Below, in pieces: positions 39,775-49,740 of a stretch of 64,000 bases of DNA. The notes under the pieces were generated by a model, which saw only the letters and a list, made by a program, of their open reading frames with translations, did no database searches and was not told the DNA's origin. Position 1 is the stretch's first letter. Every line of letters starts with the position of its first letter. The stretch is from a virus. Lineage: Duplodnaviria; Caudoviricetes. A program made the position numbers and the translations under genes. Location of the stretch: IMG/VR virus record IMGVR_UViG_3300020450_001133, one strand, 5' to 3'.

Positions 39775-40005
39775 TTATCCTTTAGGCAAAATAGTTATCG
39801 CTTCAACATCATCGTAACCACCATTAATGGTAAACTTCCTTGTAACAGTAGTACGTTTCATGCCTGCTGATACATTTTCGTATGTTACGAACTCTTGTTG
39901 AACTAATCCTTCTCTTGGTTGTTCAAAAATCATATCATTTTTATAGTCTGATACAACCCTTGCACCTTTAGTGAATGTTGCTTTTGTTGTAAATTCTTTG
40001 CTCAT
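39775..40005 (-). CDS. hypothetical protein
   Basis: 76 aa, GGAG SD. Confidence 0.7.
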   Translation of the reverse strand: MSKEFTTKATFTKGARVVSDYKNDMIFEQPREGLVQQEFVTYENVSAGMKRTTVTRKFTINGGYDDVEAITILPKG

Positions 40006-40032
40006 TTATTGTCTCCATTTGTAACTGCTCTT

Positions 40033-40061
40033 ATTATAGTACATCATAGAACCAATGTCAA
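40033..40061 (-). promoter_or_regulatory. sigma70 early promoter
   Basis: Perfect TTGACA-17-TATAAT; back-to-back with plus-strand late motif GATAAATA at 40072-40079. Confidence 0.8.
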
Positions 40062-40107
40062 GTACTATTTTGATAAATAGTTTGTATAAGATCCGTAGGA
40101 GCATTAG

Positions 40108-42735
40108 GTGGCAAACGAATATAGATATGGTCAAAAAGGTGTATCAACCGACCTTCAATTTGGTAAAAGAGGACCAAGAGTAGTAGCAAACGCAACAACA
40201 TCAGCATTACAAGTGACTGCGGCTGATGGTACTACATTAAGTAATTTAAGAATTGCCAATGCTGTTATCGATTCAGATGCTGTTAATAAAGCACAATTAG
40301 ACGCAGAAGTATCAAATATTTCAACAAATGCATATAATATTACACTAGGATCTGGTGGTGATGGTAGTTTTAGTAGTCCAGGTAGTGTAACAAGTTTAAC
40401 AGGTTCAACAACTGTTTCAGAAGCAATAGATAGATTAAATGAAGTCACAGAGAATATTAGAAACAACACATACGTTAAAAGTGTTGATGCTTCAACAAGT
40501 GCTACCTCAGGTGGTAATCCTTTATCAGTAACATTAACTTTAACAGTTGTAGGTAATGCAAATCAGTTTGATATTGATTGGGGAGATGGTTCATCAGACA
40601 ATGCTACTTCAGATAGTACTCCAAGTCATACATATACGGACAATAGTAACTCTCCTTTTGATGTAGTAATTACAGCAAGAAATACAAATGGTAGTGGAGA
40701 GGGTAGTGAAGCAAGTGTAACTAAAACAAACTTCATAACATTGTTTACAGCAACTCCTGTAGCAGACTTTGAATTATATACAGCAAGTTCAGGTGGTAGT
40801 GCATTAACAGGTAACAGTAGAGAAATAGATGCTGGTGAAACAATTTATTTAAAAAATACAACAACAAATTCAAGTTCAGCAACATGTACATATCAAATCA
40901 ATTGGGGTGATGGTTCAGCAAATACATCAGTAACTTCAGGTGGTACAGGTGATGTTGGACAAGCAAGAGCACCACATACATATACTGCTGACAGTGGTAG
41001 TTCAACAAGAACAATTACAATACAACAAACTGCTCACAGTACTGCAGACCCAGGTGAAGTAGGCAGTACAGCAACTGATATATTAAAAGTTTACAATCCA
41101 AGTATAGCCGCACCAAGTGGATTAAGCAGTAAGACATTAGTGTTTGGTGAAAGTAGTTCAGGTTCAAGTCCAAAACTTGCACATGGATTTACAGACAATA
41201 GTGCAGAAGATTCACAAACTGCAGGATCAAGTGTTACAAGGATAACAAATAGTAGTGCAGGTACAAATACGCAAACAAACATTTTATCATCATTTGCTCA
41301 TAACGGTGATAGTGGAACATTAAAAGCAATAGTTGATGGATCCGATGCAGGTTCAATAACACTCAGTAATGCTGATGATAGTGGTACATCAGGCAACTTG
41401 GTTATAACAGAAGAAAGCGATTATCAATTTTTAAGTACTGCTGGTAGTAGCACATCATTTAGTAGTTCAATTTATTCTCCAGGATTATATCAAGGTTTTA
41501 AAGCAAGAATAAGTTCAACAACTACAAGTTTAGGTGTTGGTACTCACAGTTATAAACTGTCACATAGTACAACTGGTAATACAAATATTCTAAGTTTTAC
41601 CAAAGATGATGTTACATCAAGTCCAACAACTAGCATGACAGGTGCAACATTAGTTCAAGCAAGTGCTGGTACACTAAAATATATCTCAGGTGTTCCTTAT
41701 TACACAAATGATGCAACACTTACATTGGGTGGTGTTACAGTACATGATTGGATTGGACAATGTTATGCAGATACAAGCACACCTTTTACAGTACAAAATG
41801 GTACTAATCTAGAAAGTACAAGTGGTAGTGCAATTGGTACACAAACTTACACCTATGCAAACATAGATGGTTCTACTACGTTTTTAAGTGGTAGTACACC
41901 TAAAGCAAACACAGGTGAAAACAGTGGAGCCGCATATACATTAGGTGATTTAACAGTTAATGTTAATGGTGGTGGAATAGGTATAGAACAATTAAAAGCA
42001 AGAATGTTTAGTGTAAATGGTAATGGTTCTTTTGCAGAACTTACAGGCAAATACATACAAGCATTTAATGGTAGCACAGGTATAGATGAAGAAGCAATAT
42101 CAGTAAGTGATAGTTTAGGTGCTACACATGATGATGACGGAAAGAGAATAACAGGATTTAGTGGATCTGCAGATACTCCAGCATTTGATAGTAGTGTAAA
42201 CAACTATACTGCAAATGTATGGACTGGTGCTCAAACAGTAGCAGGTACATCAGAAGCAATTACACGTTGGGGAAGTATAAAACATTTTGATACAGATTTA
42301 AGTAGTAGTGCTTACTTGCCAGCAGGACCAGATTTGAATACAGGTAGAAGTGGAGCACAATATTTTACTTTTGCATTTAGAAGAAGTACAATGAGTAACT
42401 TTACTGTAAGACTTTCAGGTACAGTGAGTGGATTCTTTATAGCCGCTCCAGGCACAAGTATAGATAGTGCAAGTACACTTAATGGTTGGGTAGATGCAGG
42501 AACAACATACGGTGGGTCAGGTACTCCTGGTGCTGACACAGGCAATGGTGGTAATGGTTCAAATGGTGTTGCATTTACATCAGGTGACAGAATTATAGAC
42601 GGAACAAGTTATAGTAATGATACATTCACACTTACATTAGGTGACCAGAATGCATCAAACAGTACAGGTAATAATATACTTGTAAGAATAAAATTAGAGG
42701 ACGGTGACTCCTTAACAGCATTGAGTATTGAATAA
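40108..42735 (+). CDS. virion protein with PKD-like domains (875 aa)
   Basis: Two WGDG...HTY PKD-like units; Ser/Thr/Gly-rich; shared N-terminal QFGKRG motif. Confidence 0.75.
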   Translation: MANEYRYGQKGVSTDLQFGKRGPRVVANATTSALQVTAADGTTLSNLRIANAVIDSDAVNKAQLDAEVSNISTNAYNITLGSGGDGSFSSPGSVTSLTGSTTVSEAIDRLNEVTENIRNNTYVKSVDASTSATSGGNPLSVTLTLTVVGNANQFDIDWGDGSSDNATSDSTPSHTYTDNSNSPFDVVITARNTNGSGEGSEASVTKTNFITLFTATPVADFELYTASSGGSALTGNSREIDAGETIYLKNTTTNSSSATCTYQINWGDGSANTSVTSGGTGDVGQARAPHTYTADSGSSTRTITIQQTAHSTADPGEVGSTATDILKVYNPSIAAPSGLSSKTLVFGESSSGSSPKLAHGFTDNSAEDSQTAGSSVTRITNSSAGTNTQTNILSSFAHNGDSGTLKAIVDGSDAGSITLSNADDSGTSGNLVITEESDYQFLSTAGSSTSFSSSIYSPGLYQGFKARISSTTTSLGVGTHSYKLSHSTTGNTNILSFTKDDVTSSPTTSMTGATLVQASAGTLKYISGVPYYTNDATLTLGGVTVHDWIGQCYADTSTPFTVQNGTNLESTSGSAIGTQTYTYANIDGSTTFLSGSTPKANTGENSGAAYTLGDLTVNVNGGGIGIEQLKARMFSVNGNGSFAELTGKYIQAFNGSTGIDEEAISVSDSLGATHDDDGKRITGFSGSADTPAFDSSVNNYTANVWTGAQTVAGTSEAITRWGSIKHFDTDLSSSAYLPAGPDLNTGRSGAQYFTFAFRRSTMSNFTVRLSGTVSGFFIAAPGTSIDSASTLNGWVDAGTTYGGSGTPGADTGNGGNGSNGVAFTSGDRIIDGTSYSNDTFTLTLGDQNASNSTGNNILVRIKLEDGDSLTALSIE

Positions 42736-43802
42736 TGGCAATATCAGATAGTCAAAAAATTGATTTACTTTGGAAGAAGATTGGTTTTGGAAAAACTAAG
42801 ACAGATACCAATGCGAATAAAAAAGCACCTAACGAACCAAATGCAAGTAACTTTATTATTAAGGACTCAGACATTTGGAATCAGTCAGCAAGTATTCCAT
42901 CAACCATACCAAGTGCTAATTCAAGTATAGCAAATGTTTATTTGGATAGTGTAAGTGGTGCTTTAGAAACAACTGAAGATGGTTCATCAACTGATAACAG
43001 AACTTGGAAGACAGGCAAAACAAATTGGATACCACCAACATTTGGATCAACATATCAATTAAAAGTATATGCCGCGGCTAGTGGTACAAATAATCCACAA
43101 ACAAATGGTACACAACTATTTGAAACAGGTTCAGGAAGTAATGACGAATGGTACTTTGATTATCAATCAGGAATACTAAACTTCATAGGAAGTAACTTAC
43201 CTACTGCAATAGGCACAGGTACAAGTAATACTATTTTTGTTGCAGGAGCAGTTTATGTTGGTAACACAGGTGTTACTTCAACTGGCAGTAACATGGTGTA
43301 TCATACCTTTGCAAACTTAACTGCCTTATTTGCCGCAACAACTGTTGAAGCAGGAGACTTTGTTAAAGTTGATGATGGTGGAGACGGTGAATACAGATTG
43401 TTTATTGCTAATCAGGCTGACCCAGCCAACTCAGGACACTTAACACTAATTGGTACAGCCGATAGTGCCGTTACTGATGCTGGAACACTTACAACAACCA
43501 TTATACATACAACTGGTGCTAGTGTTGTAATTGGTAATATAAGTCAAAACAAAAAAGTTCAAACTGTTACTGTTGATGTTACTACTGCATTTGATGGTAG
43601 TGCTCCAACACTTACAGTTGGTGATGCCGGTGATAATGATAGATTGTTGACAAACGATTATATAGATTTAAAAGATGTTGCAACATACGAAGTTGCACCT
43701 AACTTCACATATACTAATGCCGCTGATACTGATATATTGGCTTATTTTGATGCTGATAGTAGTTCGACAGGTACTGCTGTTATTACAATTAGTTACGCCT
43801 AA
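42735..43802 (+). CDS. virion structural protein (355 aa)
   Basis: Start overlaps the 875-aa gene stop; C-terminal domain similar to the 677-aa and 1080-aa proteins. Confidence 0.7.
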   Translation: MAISDSQKIDLLWKKIGFGKTKTDTNANKKAPNEPNASNFIIKDSDIWNQSASIPSTIPSANSSIANVYLDSVSGALETTEDGSSTDNRTWKTGKTNWIPPTFGSTYQLKVYAAASGTNNPQTNGTQLFETGSGSNDEWYFDYQSGILNFIGSNLPTAIGTGTSNTIFVAGAVYVGNTGVTSTGSNMVYHTFANLTALFAATTVEAGDFVKVDDGGDGEYRLFIANQADPANSGHLTLIGTADSAVTDAGTLTTTIIHTTGASVVIGNISQNKKVQTVTVDVTTAFDGSAPTLTVGDAGDNDRLLTNDYIDLKDVATYEVAPNFTYTNAADTDILAYFDADSSSTGTAVITISYA

Positions 43803-43969
43803 TCGTTAGTCTTACCGCTTTCTAATCCAGTTCCCATAAGTATTAAAACAATACCAGCAATTATCCACCATGGGTTAATTGCATTGAAAACTACTCCTGC
43901 TAATACAATACAACCTGCTAATCCTATTGTAGATAATCCTGTTCTATTTTCTGTGTTTGGAAATTTCAT
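43799..43969 (-). CDS. small two-TM protein (56 aa)
   Basis: Not in track; MKFPNTENRTGLSTIGLAGCIVLAGVVFNAINPWWIIAGIVLILMGTG...; ATGA overlap. Confidence 0.65.
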   Translation of the reverse strand: MKFPNTENRTGLSTIGLAGCIVLAGVVFNAINPWWIIAGIVLILMGTGLESGKTND

Positions 43970-44325
43970 ATTGCGTCTGGTTTCATAGATGTTAAACTAC
44001 CAATATTAATTGTGTTCTTAGGTTCTTCATCTGATATAAGTAAACAACCTTCAGGGTCTACTTTCCAAAGTTTTGCACCTTCTTCTAGTCTATCATCTTT
44101 AACAGTAAAGCCTTCAGTCCATCTACCATATGAAACATATAGCCATTGACCTGGTTTTACCCAATCAATGTCTGGTCCAACTTCAAATGCTTTGAACCAA
44201 CGTGGTGTTATTCCTTCGTCTTTACCTATTGTGGATTTAATAATAATACCTGCTTCAGTGGTCTTGTCTCCAAAATCACCTTCAATGCAAAGTATGTTGT
44301 CTTTATATGCTCTAAGAGTCGGCAT
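43966..44325 (-). CDS. GroES/Cpn10-like co-chaperonin (likely start 44325)
   Basis: LRAYKDNI..., mobile loop TTEAGIII, FEVGP, VKPGQ pattern. Confidence 0.7.
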   Translation of the reverse strand: MPTLRAYKDNILCIEGDFGDKTTEAGIIIKSTIGKDEGITPRWFKAFEVGPDIDWVKPGQWLYVSYGRWTEGFTVKDDRLEEGAKLWKVDPEGCLLISDEEPKNTINIGSLTSMKPDAI

Positions 44326-44773
44326 CGTTTTCCCAATCGTCCTCGTCATCGTATATTGGTACCATTTCAATGTCACCATTTGGTAATTCAACTTCTTTAT
44401 ATCCTACTGGTGTCCTTTCTTCATCTGCTTTTGCAGGAACACTTGCTGGATCTACTTGGTCAATTACACTTTGGTTTGCTTCAGTCTTTTGTGCTTCAGC
44501 AGTTTTAACTTCTGGTTCCATCTCTGAATCTGTTTGTGCCGGTTGGTCAGGCTGTGCGCCTTTAAGTGTAGATTTAGCAGTACTTGACTTAGGATTTTCT
44601 GTATAGTATGCCCTGGCTCTGTCTTCAGCAGTTTGGATTATTTCACCATTTTTACCAAGTACATCACCTTTTGCATTAACTTTCATGTTGCCCATTGCAG
44701 GCTCTTCTGAGTTTTGAGCAAGTAAGGCTTCCATATCTATTATAATGCCTTTATTTGTTCTTCTTTGTACCAT
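44312..44773 (-). CDS. hypothetical protein
   Basis: 153 aa, MGNMKVNAKGD motif, acidic tail. Confidence 0.7.
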   Translation of the reverse strand: MVQRRTNKGIIIDMEALLAQNSEEPAMGNMKVNAKGDVLGKNGEIIQTAEDRARAYYTENPKSSTAKSTLKGAQPDQPAQTDSEMEPEVKTAEAQKTEANQSVIDQVDPASVPAKADEERTPVGYKEVELPNGDIEMVPIYDDEDDWENDADS

Positions 44774-44781
44774 CTTATCCT

Positions 44782-45273
44782 CTACTTTAAGAATTCTTTA
44801 ATGTCTAAGTTATATTTCAAACTATCTACTTTGTGTACACCTAGTAAGTATAATACATAACTGGCTACACTACTACCTCTTCCAACACCCCAAACAAGTT
44901 CATGCTTACGCATGGTCTCTATAATATATATTAGTATTCTCAACACTGGAAATAAATTCCTGGCTTCGAATTCAGTTAGTTCCATTTCTACTCTTGCAAG
45001 TTCGCCTGAGTCACCTTGCTTTACTAACTTTCTAACATATTCCTTTACATCTATTGTTTGGTAGTGTTCTGGAATGTTATATGTATTTATGCGGTCATAG
45101 TCACTATCGCCTAATTTTTTTAGCACATTTATATCAAAATCATTACAAAATTCATTAAACTTGTCTATGTCTTCTGATGTTGAAAACTCTGTAGAATGTA
45201 GGCTCTTGCCCTTATACAGCATTTCTAAGCCTGTGTTTTCATCACTCTGATATCTGTTAAACTTATCTAACAT
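44782..45273 (-). CDS. stand-alone fragment homologous to DNA Pol III alpha (DnaE)
   Basis: RVEMELTEF...LRILIYIIETMRKHELVWGVGRGSSVASYVLYLLGVHKVDSLKY; ends before the PDID catalytic motif. Confidence 0.8.
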   Translation of the reverse strand: MLDKFNRYQSDENTGLEMLYKGKSLHSTEFSTSEDIDKFNEFCNDFDINVLKKLGDSDYDRINTYNIPEHYQTIDVKEYVRKLVKQGDSGELARVEMELTEFEARNLFPVLRILIYIIETMRKHELVWGVGRGSSVASYVLYLLGVHKVDSLKYNLDIKEFLK

Positions 45274-45279
45274 CTTTGT

Positions 45280-45308
45280 ATTATATGGGATATATGTGTA
45301 TTTGTCAA
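45280..45308 (-). promoter_or_regulatory. sigma70 promoter, predicted leaderless
   Basis: TTGACA-17-TATAAT, 6 nt before ATG 45273. Confidence 0.8.
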
Positions 45309-45313
45309 CCGTT

Positions 45314-46117
45314 TTATACTAACTTTGGCTTCCATGCTTTTTTCTTTTTCTTTCTAATATCATCTAACTGAATAAGTTCTGCTGTTTTTTGCATTTCCTC
45401 TTCTGTCATTTCGGACAAGTCTTTAGTTGTCAATTGCATAGTAACTGCTTCTTCAATTTCTTTAAAGTCTCGTTCTAATATATCTTCACTCTCTAATAAC
45501 TTCAATCTTATATTTGTTAGTTCTTCTGTATTCAATGCTTTATTGTCATATGTACTCACGTCATCACGTTCCCACCAAGGTTGTTCATATACACTTAGTT
45601 CTCCCATAAAGTCTTTTTGTTCAGGTAGAGAACTTGGAATTATATATGCATCATCTTGATAATCATATGACATGTTTGTTGCAAAGTCATACAATTTTAT
45701 ATCGCTAATGTGAATATCTGGTTTACTAATGCTGTTAAACTTTGCAAATAAGGCATTACATAATACTGATATATTTGTATTTGGTGTAACTAATAATCCA
45801 TTGTCTGTTGCACTAAAATGATTATCCACACATTCCATACTTTCAGGAGCATACCATAACGAACTATCTACATAAAAAGTTAAAAAGTGATGTATTTTTT
45901 GATATGATATATTTTGGTCTATTGCAAGTTTGTCATAATCTGAATCCGGGTGTGCTTCTGCAAACATGCTCCAACTAATATTAAATCTATTAGGTTGTAC
46001 TGCTACAACTTCTTTTTTACTACCAAAGATAGTTACAATACTAACTTCTTTACTACAAGATAGTTTAACTATCGGTCCTATCATCTCTGTCATTTTTGCT
46101 CCTATATAATTCAGCAA
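45314..46117 (-). CDS. hypothetical protein
   Basis: 267 aa ORF; true start probably a downstream Met. Confidence 0.7.
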   Translation of the reverse strand: MLNYIGAKMTEMIGPIVKLSCSKEVSIVTIFGSKKEVVAVQPNRFNISWSMFAEAHPDSDYDKLAIDQNISYQKIHHFLTFYVDSSLWYAPESMECVDNHFSATDNGLLVTPNTNISVLCNALFAKFNSISKPDIHISDIKLYDFATNMSYDYQDDAYIIPSSLPEQKDFMGELSVYEQPWWERDDVSTYDNKALNTEELTNIRLKLLESEDILERDFKEIEEAVTMQLTTKDLSEMTEEEMQKTAELIQLDDIRKKKKKAWKPKLV

Positions 46118-46403
46118 CTGTTTTTGTTAATTTATCATTAACATCATCATAGTCTGGTGAGTACTCTTCACTGTTTATTTCGCCTATCTCTATTATCTTT
46201 TCTGGTTCTTTCAACTTTTCTTTTTGTAAAGACATAAACATTTTTTCATTGTATGCTTGTTGGCATTGTGTTTGTAAATCTAAAACTTGTTGATATAAAG
46301 GACTATTACCATTTATCTTTTGTAACTGCATTGTATATTCTTTGTTTTTATCTAACAGTTCTTCCTGTGTCATGCTTTCAAAATTAATAAATGGATTACT
46401 CAT
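46065..46403 (-). CDS. hypothetical protein
   Basis: 112 aa helical ORF, ATGA overlap. Confidence 0.7.
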   Translation of the reverse strand: MSNPFINFESMTQEELLDKNKEYTMQLQKINGNSPLYQQVLDLQTQCQQAYNEKMFMSLQKEKLKEPEKIIEIGEINSEEYSPDYDDVNDKLTKTVAELYRSKNDRDDRTDS

Positions 46404-46753
46404 ATCGACAACCTCATAAGAAATGCATACTGTGAATCAGCAAATCTAACTACATGTCCTTTTATTTGATAATCTATCATTTCTTTTAATTCATGTTTGT
46501 CTGTAAAATCTTTTATTACTTTTTTAACATCCATATATTCTAATGCTAATTTGTAACGGCTGTATTGTTCAATTGCTTTCTGTGGAAGTACAACTTGATT
46601 GTCTTCCCAACTGTCCCACAGGTTACCAAAATACTCTGCTCTTTCTGAAATACTTACTTCTGCACTACCAAAAATATCCTGTAGTTGTTCTTTAGATAGT
46701 AAGGCTTCCATATTCATTCTCATAATATTTAATCGATTCTTCATTGAGACCAT
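46400..46753 (-). CDS. hypothetical protein
   Basis: 117 aa; start uncertain. Confidence 0.6.
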   Translation of the reverse strand: MVSMKNRLNIMRMNMEALLSKEQLQDIFGSAEVSISERAEYFGNLWDSWEDNQVVLPQKAIEQYSRYKLALEYMDVKKVIKDFTDKHELKEMIDYQIKGHVVRFADSQYAFLMRLSI

Positions 46754-47564
46754 TGTGATTGTGACGTTGACTTATAATAACATTAAGTTTTGGGAGTAGT
46801 TCAGGGAATGATTTTTCCAATACATAACTTTTTGCTTTACCGCCAATGTTCAAATCCCAACCTTTTATAACATGTCTTGGAGGTAATTCTTGTGGATCTT
46901 TTTTATATTTTTTATCTATTTCTTTTAAACGTTCTTCACTAATATCAGAAGTTTCAAATCCTCTAGCAACATATTTTGAAACAACATCTACTATATCGTT
47001 TGTTTTTATAACAAGTGTATCTATTTTATTTTCTTGTGTATTAGTATTCCACATTACAGAAAATCTATTTTGTGGACAAACAGATGTAGTATAATCATCT
47101 GTTTTCTTAACAGTTCTAAAGTTAAGTGATTCATTAAATTCATTTATATTTTCTTTGTTGGAAGTTGAGTAAACAACACCAGCAAAATATTCTATTGGCA
47201 CATCAACACCTGCAGGGTTCATAGTAGTGAAGTGATTATCATAATTGTCTTTGAAACTTTCTATAGGGTATGTTAAAATTTCATGTCCACTTTTATTAAT
47301 AAACTTATTCATACCTGTTGTATCGCAGTGAGTAGAACCGTCTGGTGCATTAGAAGAGTTGAAACCAAAACCACTAATGCCAGTTGGTAAATTATTATCT
47401 CTGCTTACAAGCATAATGCATTGATTACATGCCCACATTGTAACTTTGTAATCTTTTGACTCGCTTATTATTTCAAAGCCAATATTTTTTAAACGTATGA
47501 CTAGGTCTTCGGTGATATCCGATTCATCATTTACGTTATACTTTATGAAGTTAAGTTCAGACAT
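46692..47564 (-). CDS. hypothetical protein (possible VOC/glyoxalase-like fold)
   Basis: 290 aa; repeated beta-alpha-beta-beta-beta-like pattern judged by eye only. Confidence 0.55.
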   Translation of the reverse strand: MSELNFIKYNVNDESDITEDLVIRLKNIGFEIISESKDYKVTMWACNQCIMLVSRDNNLPTGISGFGFNSSNAPDGSTHCDTTGMNKFINKSGHEILTYPIESFKDNYDNHFTTMNPAGVDVPIEYFAGVVYSTSNKENINEFNESLNFRTVKKTDDYTTSVCPQNRFSVMWNTNTQENKIDTLVIKTNDIVDVVSKYVARGFETSDISEERLKEIDKKYKKDPQELPPRHVIKGWDLNIGGKAKSYVLEKSFPELLPKLNVIISQRHNHNGLNEESIKYYENEYGSLTI

Positions 47565-47819
47565 TTAGCACCCAGTATCGTTTGGGTCAAATCCTAAGTC
47601 TTCATCAGATGTTTCACAACTGTTACAACATTCATCAGTACCACACTTGTCATGCAATACGCCATCTTCATCGTAACCATGTTCGTCAACCTTCTTTTTG
47701 GAACTGGATAGATCCTCGCCATAACGTCCACGGTCTCTGTTACCATCGCCGTTTAGTTCTGTTGCATCTTGTTGAACTTCCTTAAAATCCTTTTTAAGTT
47801 GTACTTTCTTTACTTGCAC
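47565..47819 (-). CDS. small acidic protein with Cys cluster
   Basis: GTG start at 47819 after AGGAG; [13 protein letters not shown] motif. Confidence 0.6.
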   Translation of the reverse strand: MQVKKVQLKKDFKEVQQDATELNGDGNRDRGRYGEDLSSSKKKVDEHGYDEDGVLHDKCGTDECCNSCETSDEDLGFDPNDTGC

Positions 47820-48414
47820 CTTCGTCACTCCTTTTCTCAATGATTTCGTCAGCAAGACCAAACTCTAGTGCTTCTTCGCTAGTCATAAAGTTATCTCTAT
47901 CCATAGCAGTTTCAAATTCTTCGTAAGTTTTGCCTTTACTGTTGTGCTTGACATATATCTCTGTCAACTCTGTTTTAATTCTTTCTAATTCCTTAGCACG
48001 AATTATAACATCACTAGCCTGACCGTTTGCACCACCTAATGGTTGATGTATCATAGTCCTGCTTTTAGGCAATAAAAATCTTTTACCTTCAGTACCTGCT
48101 TGTGCAAGTAGGCTTCCCATTGAAGCCGCTTGTCCCATTACAATAGTAGAAATATCTGGTTGTATATACTGCATGGTATCATACATTGCCATTCCACTTG
48201 TAACTGCACCACCAGGTGAGTTAATATAAAAACTTATATCAGCAGTTGGGTCTTCTGCTTCTAAGAAAAGTAGTTGAGCACAGATACTGTTTGATACTGA
48301 GTCCGTTACTTCTCCATTCAAGAATACAATTCTTTCTTTAAGCAGTCTACTGTAGATATCATAACTACGTTCTCCTGCTGACGTCTTTTCTATTACATAT
48401 GGTACAAAATTCAT
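47794..48414 (-). CDS. clpP: ATP-dependent Clp protease proteolytic subunit
   Basis: [22 protein letters not shown], catalytic Ser (AASMG), His (MIHQP), Asp (DRDNF). Confidence 0.97.
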   Translation of the reverse strand: MNFVPYVIEKTSAGERSYDIYSRLLKERIVFLNGEVTDSVSNSICAQLLFLEAEDPTADISFYINSPGGAVTSGMAMYDTMQYIQPDISTIVMGQAASMGSLLAQAGTEGKRFLLPKSRTMIHQPLGGANGQASDVIIRAKELERIKTELTEIYVKHNSKGKTYEEFETAMDRDNFMTSEEALEFGLADEIIEKRSDEGASKESTT

Positions 48415-48442
48415 ATTATCCTCTTTATATAGTATATTTATT

Positions 48443-48790
48443 TTAATTTGCTAATTGCTTTATGCGGTTTAGGAAACTTGTAACGCCTTTTAATCGTTGG
48501 TATGATATAATATTCGTATTGAGAAAAGGATACTTTTCTAAAGTAACATTTTTAATATCTTCACGTGAAGATAATTGCGAACATATAACTGTTAGTAATC
48601 CTTTTACAAAAGCACTACTACTATCAAAGATTAACTGGTCACCTTCTAATACAACCCAAACATTACTGGTACAACCATATACTTTGTTGTCTTCTGTTTG
48701 AATTTCTCTGACATGCTCACGGTCTGCTAGTTCCATAACAGTCTCGTAAAAGTCAGCCGGTGATAATTCGTTTAAGTAATCTATTTCCAT
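48443..48790 (-). CDS. sufE: SufE-like sulfur acceptor (likely start 48790)
   Basis: [10 protein letters not shown] and [11 protein letters not shown] motifs; promoter TTGACA-17-TATAAT at 48798-48826 lies over the track start. Confidence 0.75.
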   Translation of the reverse strand: MEIDYLNELSPADFYETVMELADREHVREIQTEDNKVYGCTSNVWVVLEGDQLIFDSSSAFVKGLLTVICSQLSSREDIKNVTLEKYPFLNTNIISYQRLKGVTSFLNRIKQLAN

Positions 48791-48838
48791 TGTCATTATT
48801 ATATTGCCTTTTACTGCAAATGTCAATGCAATTATTTA

Positions 48839-49300
48839 CTATCTATGGTCTTTATAGGGATCACCTTTTGGCGCCTTAGGTGCCTGAAGGTTAGTTGATT
48901 TCTTTTTCTTCTTTTTCTTTTTCTTTTTGTAAGGTCTGCTACCGAATGGTACAAAATATGCTAATCCTATACCTGAGCCTTTTTGTGATGGTGTGGAATC
49001 AGCGGACGAATCACTACTGCTATCACTAGCACCAGAGTCTGCAGAACCTCCGCTGTCTCCACTAGAACTTGATGTGCTTGAACCGTTACCTGCGGAACCA
49101 GGTACTCCAGTAGCACCACTGCCTCCTCCAGAACTTCCTGCTCCGGCTCCACCTGAGCCTCCTGCTCCAGCACCGCCGCCACCGCCGGCTCCACCGCCGC
49201 CAGCACCACCGCCGCCACCGCCGCCTCCGCCTCCGCCGCCACCGGCGTTTGCGTTAAGACGACTTTTCTTAACTGCTTCTAAAAGTTCTGAAAGTTTCAT
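48839..49300 (-). CDS. Gly/Ser/Lys low-complexity protein
   Basis: MKLSELLE, then poly-Gly, Ser-rich and K9 tracts. Confidence 0.65.
   Translation of the reverse strand: MKLSELLEAVKKSRLNANAGGGGGGGGGGGGGAGGGGAGGGGGAGAGGSGGAGAGSSGGGSGATGVPGSAGNGSSTSSSSGDSGGSADSGASDSSSDSSADSTPSQKGSGIGLAYFVPFGSRPYKKKKKKKKKKSTNLQAPKAPKGDPYKDHR
49125..49250. repeat. GC-rich (CCG/CCA)n microsatellite-like tract
   Basis: Imperfect trinucleotide repeat encoding poly-Gly; far richer in GC than the rest of the window. Confidence 0.85.
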
Positions 49301-49302
49301 GT

Positions 49303-49737
49303 TTACGGTTGACTAGGGTCAAATCCACTGTCTGTTAAAAGTGTTGATATTTCACTTGAGTCTACAATTTCAACAATAGAATCACTATTGCCATTGTCTG
49401 CTTTGTAGTATTTTGCATCACCATCTACATCTTTGTAGAACCATGTTCTGTAATCTGCACCACTAACACTATCATCATAATGTATTGCTTGATACTCTGC
49501 AAAATCACTAGGGCCTTCTCCACTATTGTTTTCAGGACCTAGTCCTTTTAAAATAGTGTTTGAACCCATACTTGCAACTTTGGCATCTAACAATGCCTGT
49601 GCGGCATCTTTATCTGATTCGTTAGTTAATGCCCACATACCACTTGCGCCTTCAGTAAAATAATCTGCATAATCGCCACCTTCTCTTATTAAAAGTAGGT
49701 GAGCCCTCATCATTTTTTCTTGTGCAAAAGTTGACAT
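49303..49737 (-). CDS. hypothetical protein
   Basis: 144 aa acidic ORF in late operon. Confidence 0.7.
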   Translation of the reverse strand: MSTFAQEKMMRAHLLLIREGGDYADYFTEGASGMWALTNESDKDAAQALLDAKVASMGSNTILKGLGPENNSGEGPSDFAEYQAIHYDDSVSGADYRTWFYKDVDGDAKYYKADNGNSDSIVEIVDSSEISTLLTDSGFDPSQP

Positions 49738-49740
49738 TTA

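Noticed and set aside
44782-45273. Split-intein DnaE (cyanobacterial type)
   Set aside because: No intein N-terminal Cys/Ser block after the fragment and no C-intein partner in the window
48967-49316. Plus-strand poly-Pro and Ala/Glu-rich ORFs
   Set aside because: Antisense reading of the poly-Gly tract; the minus-strand gene fits the operon
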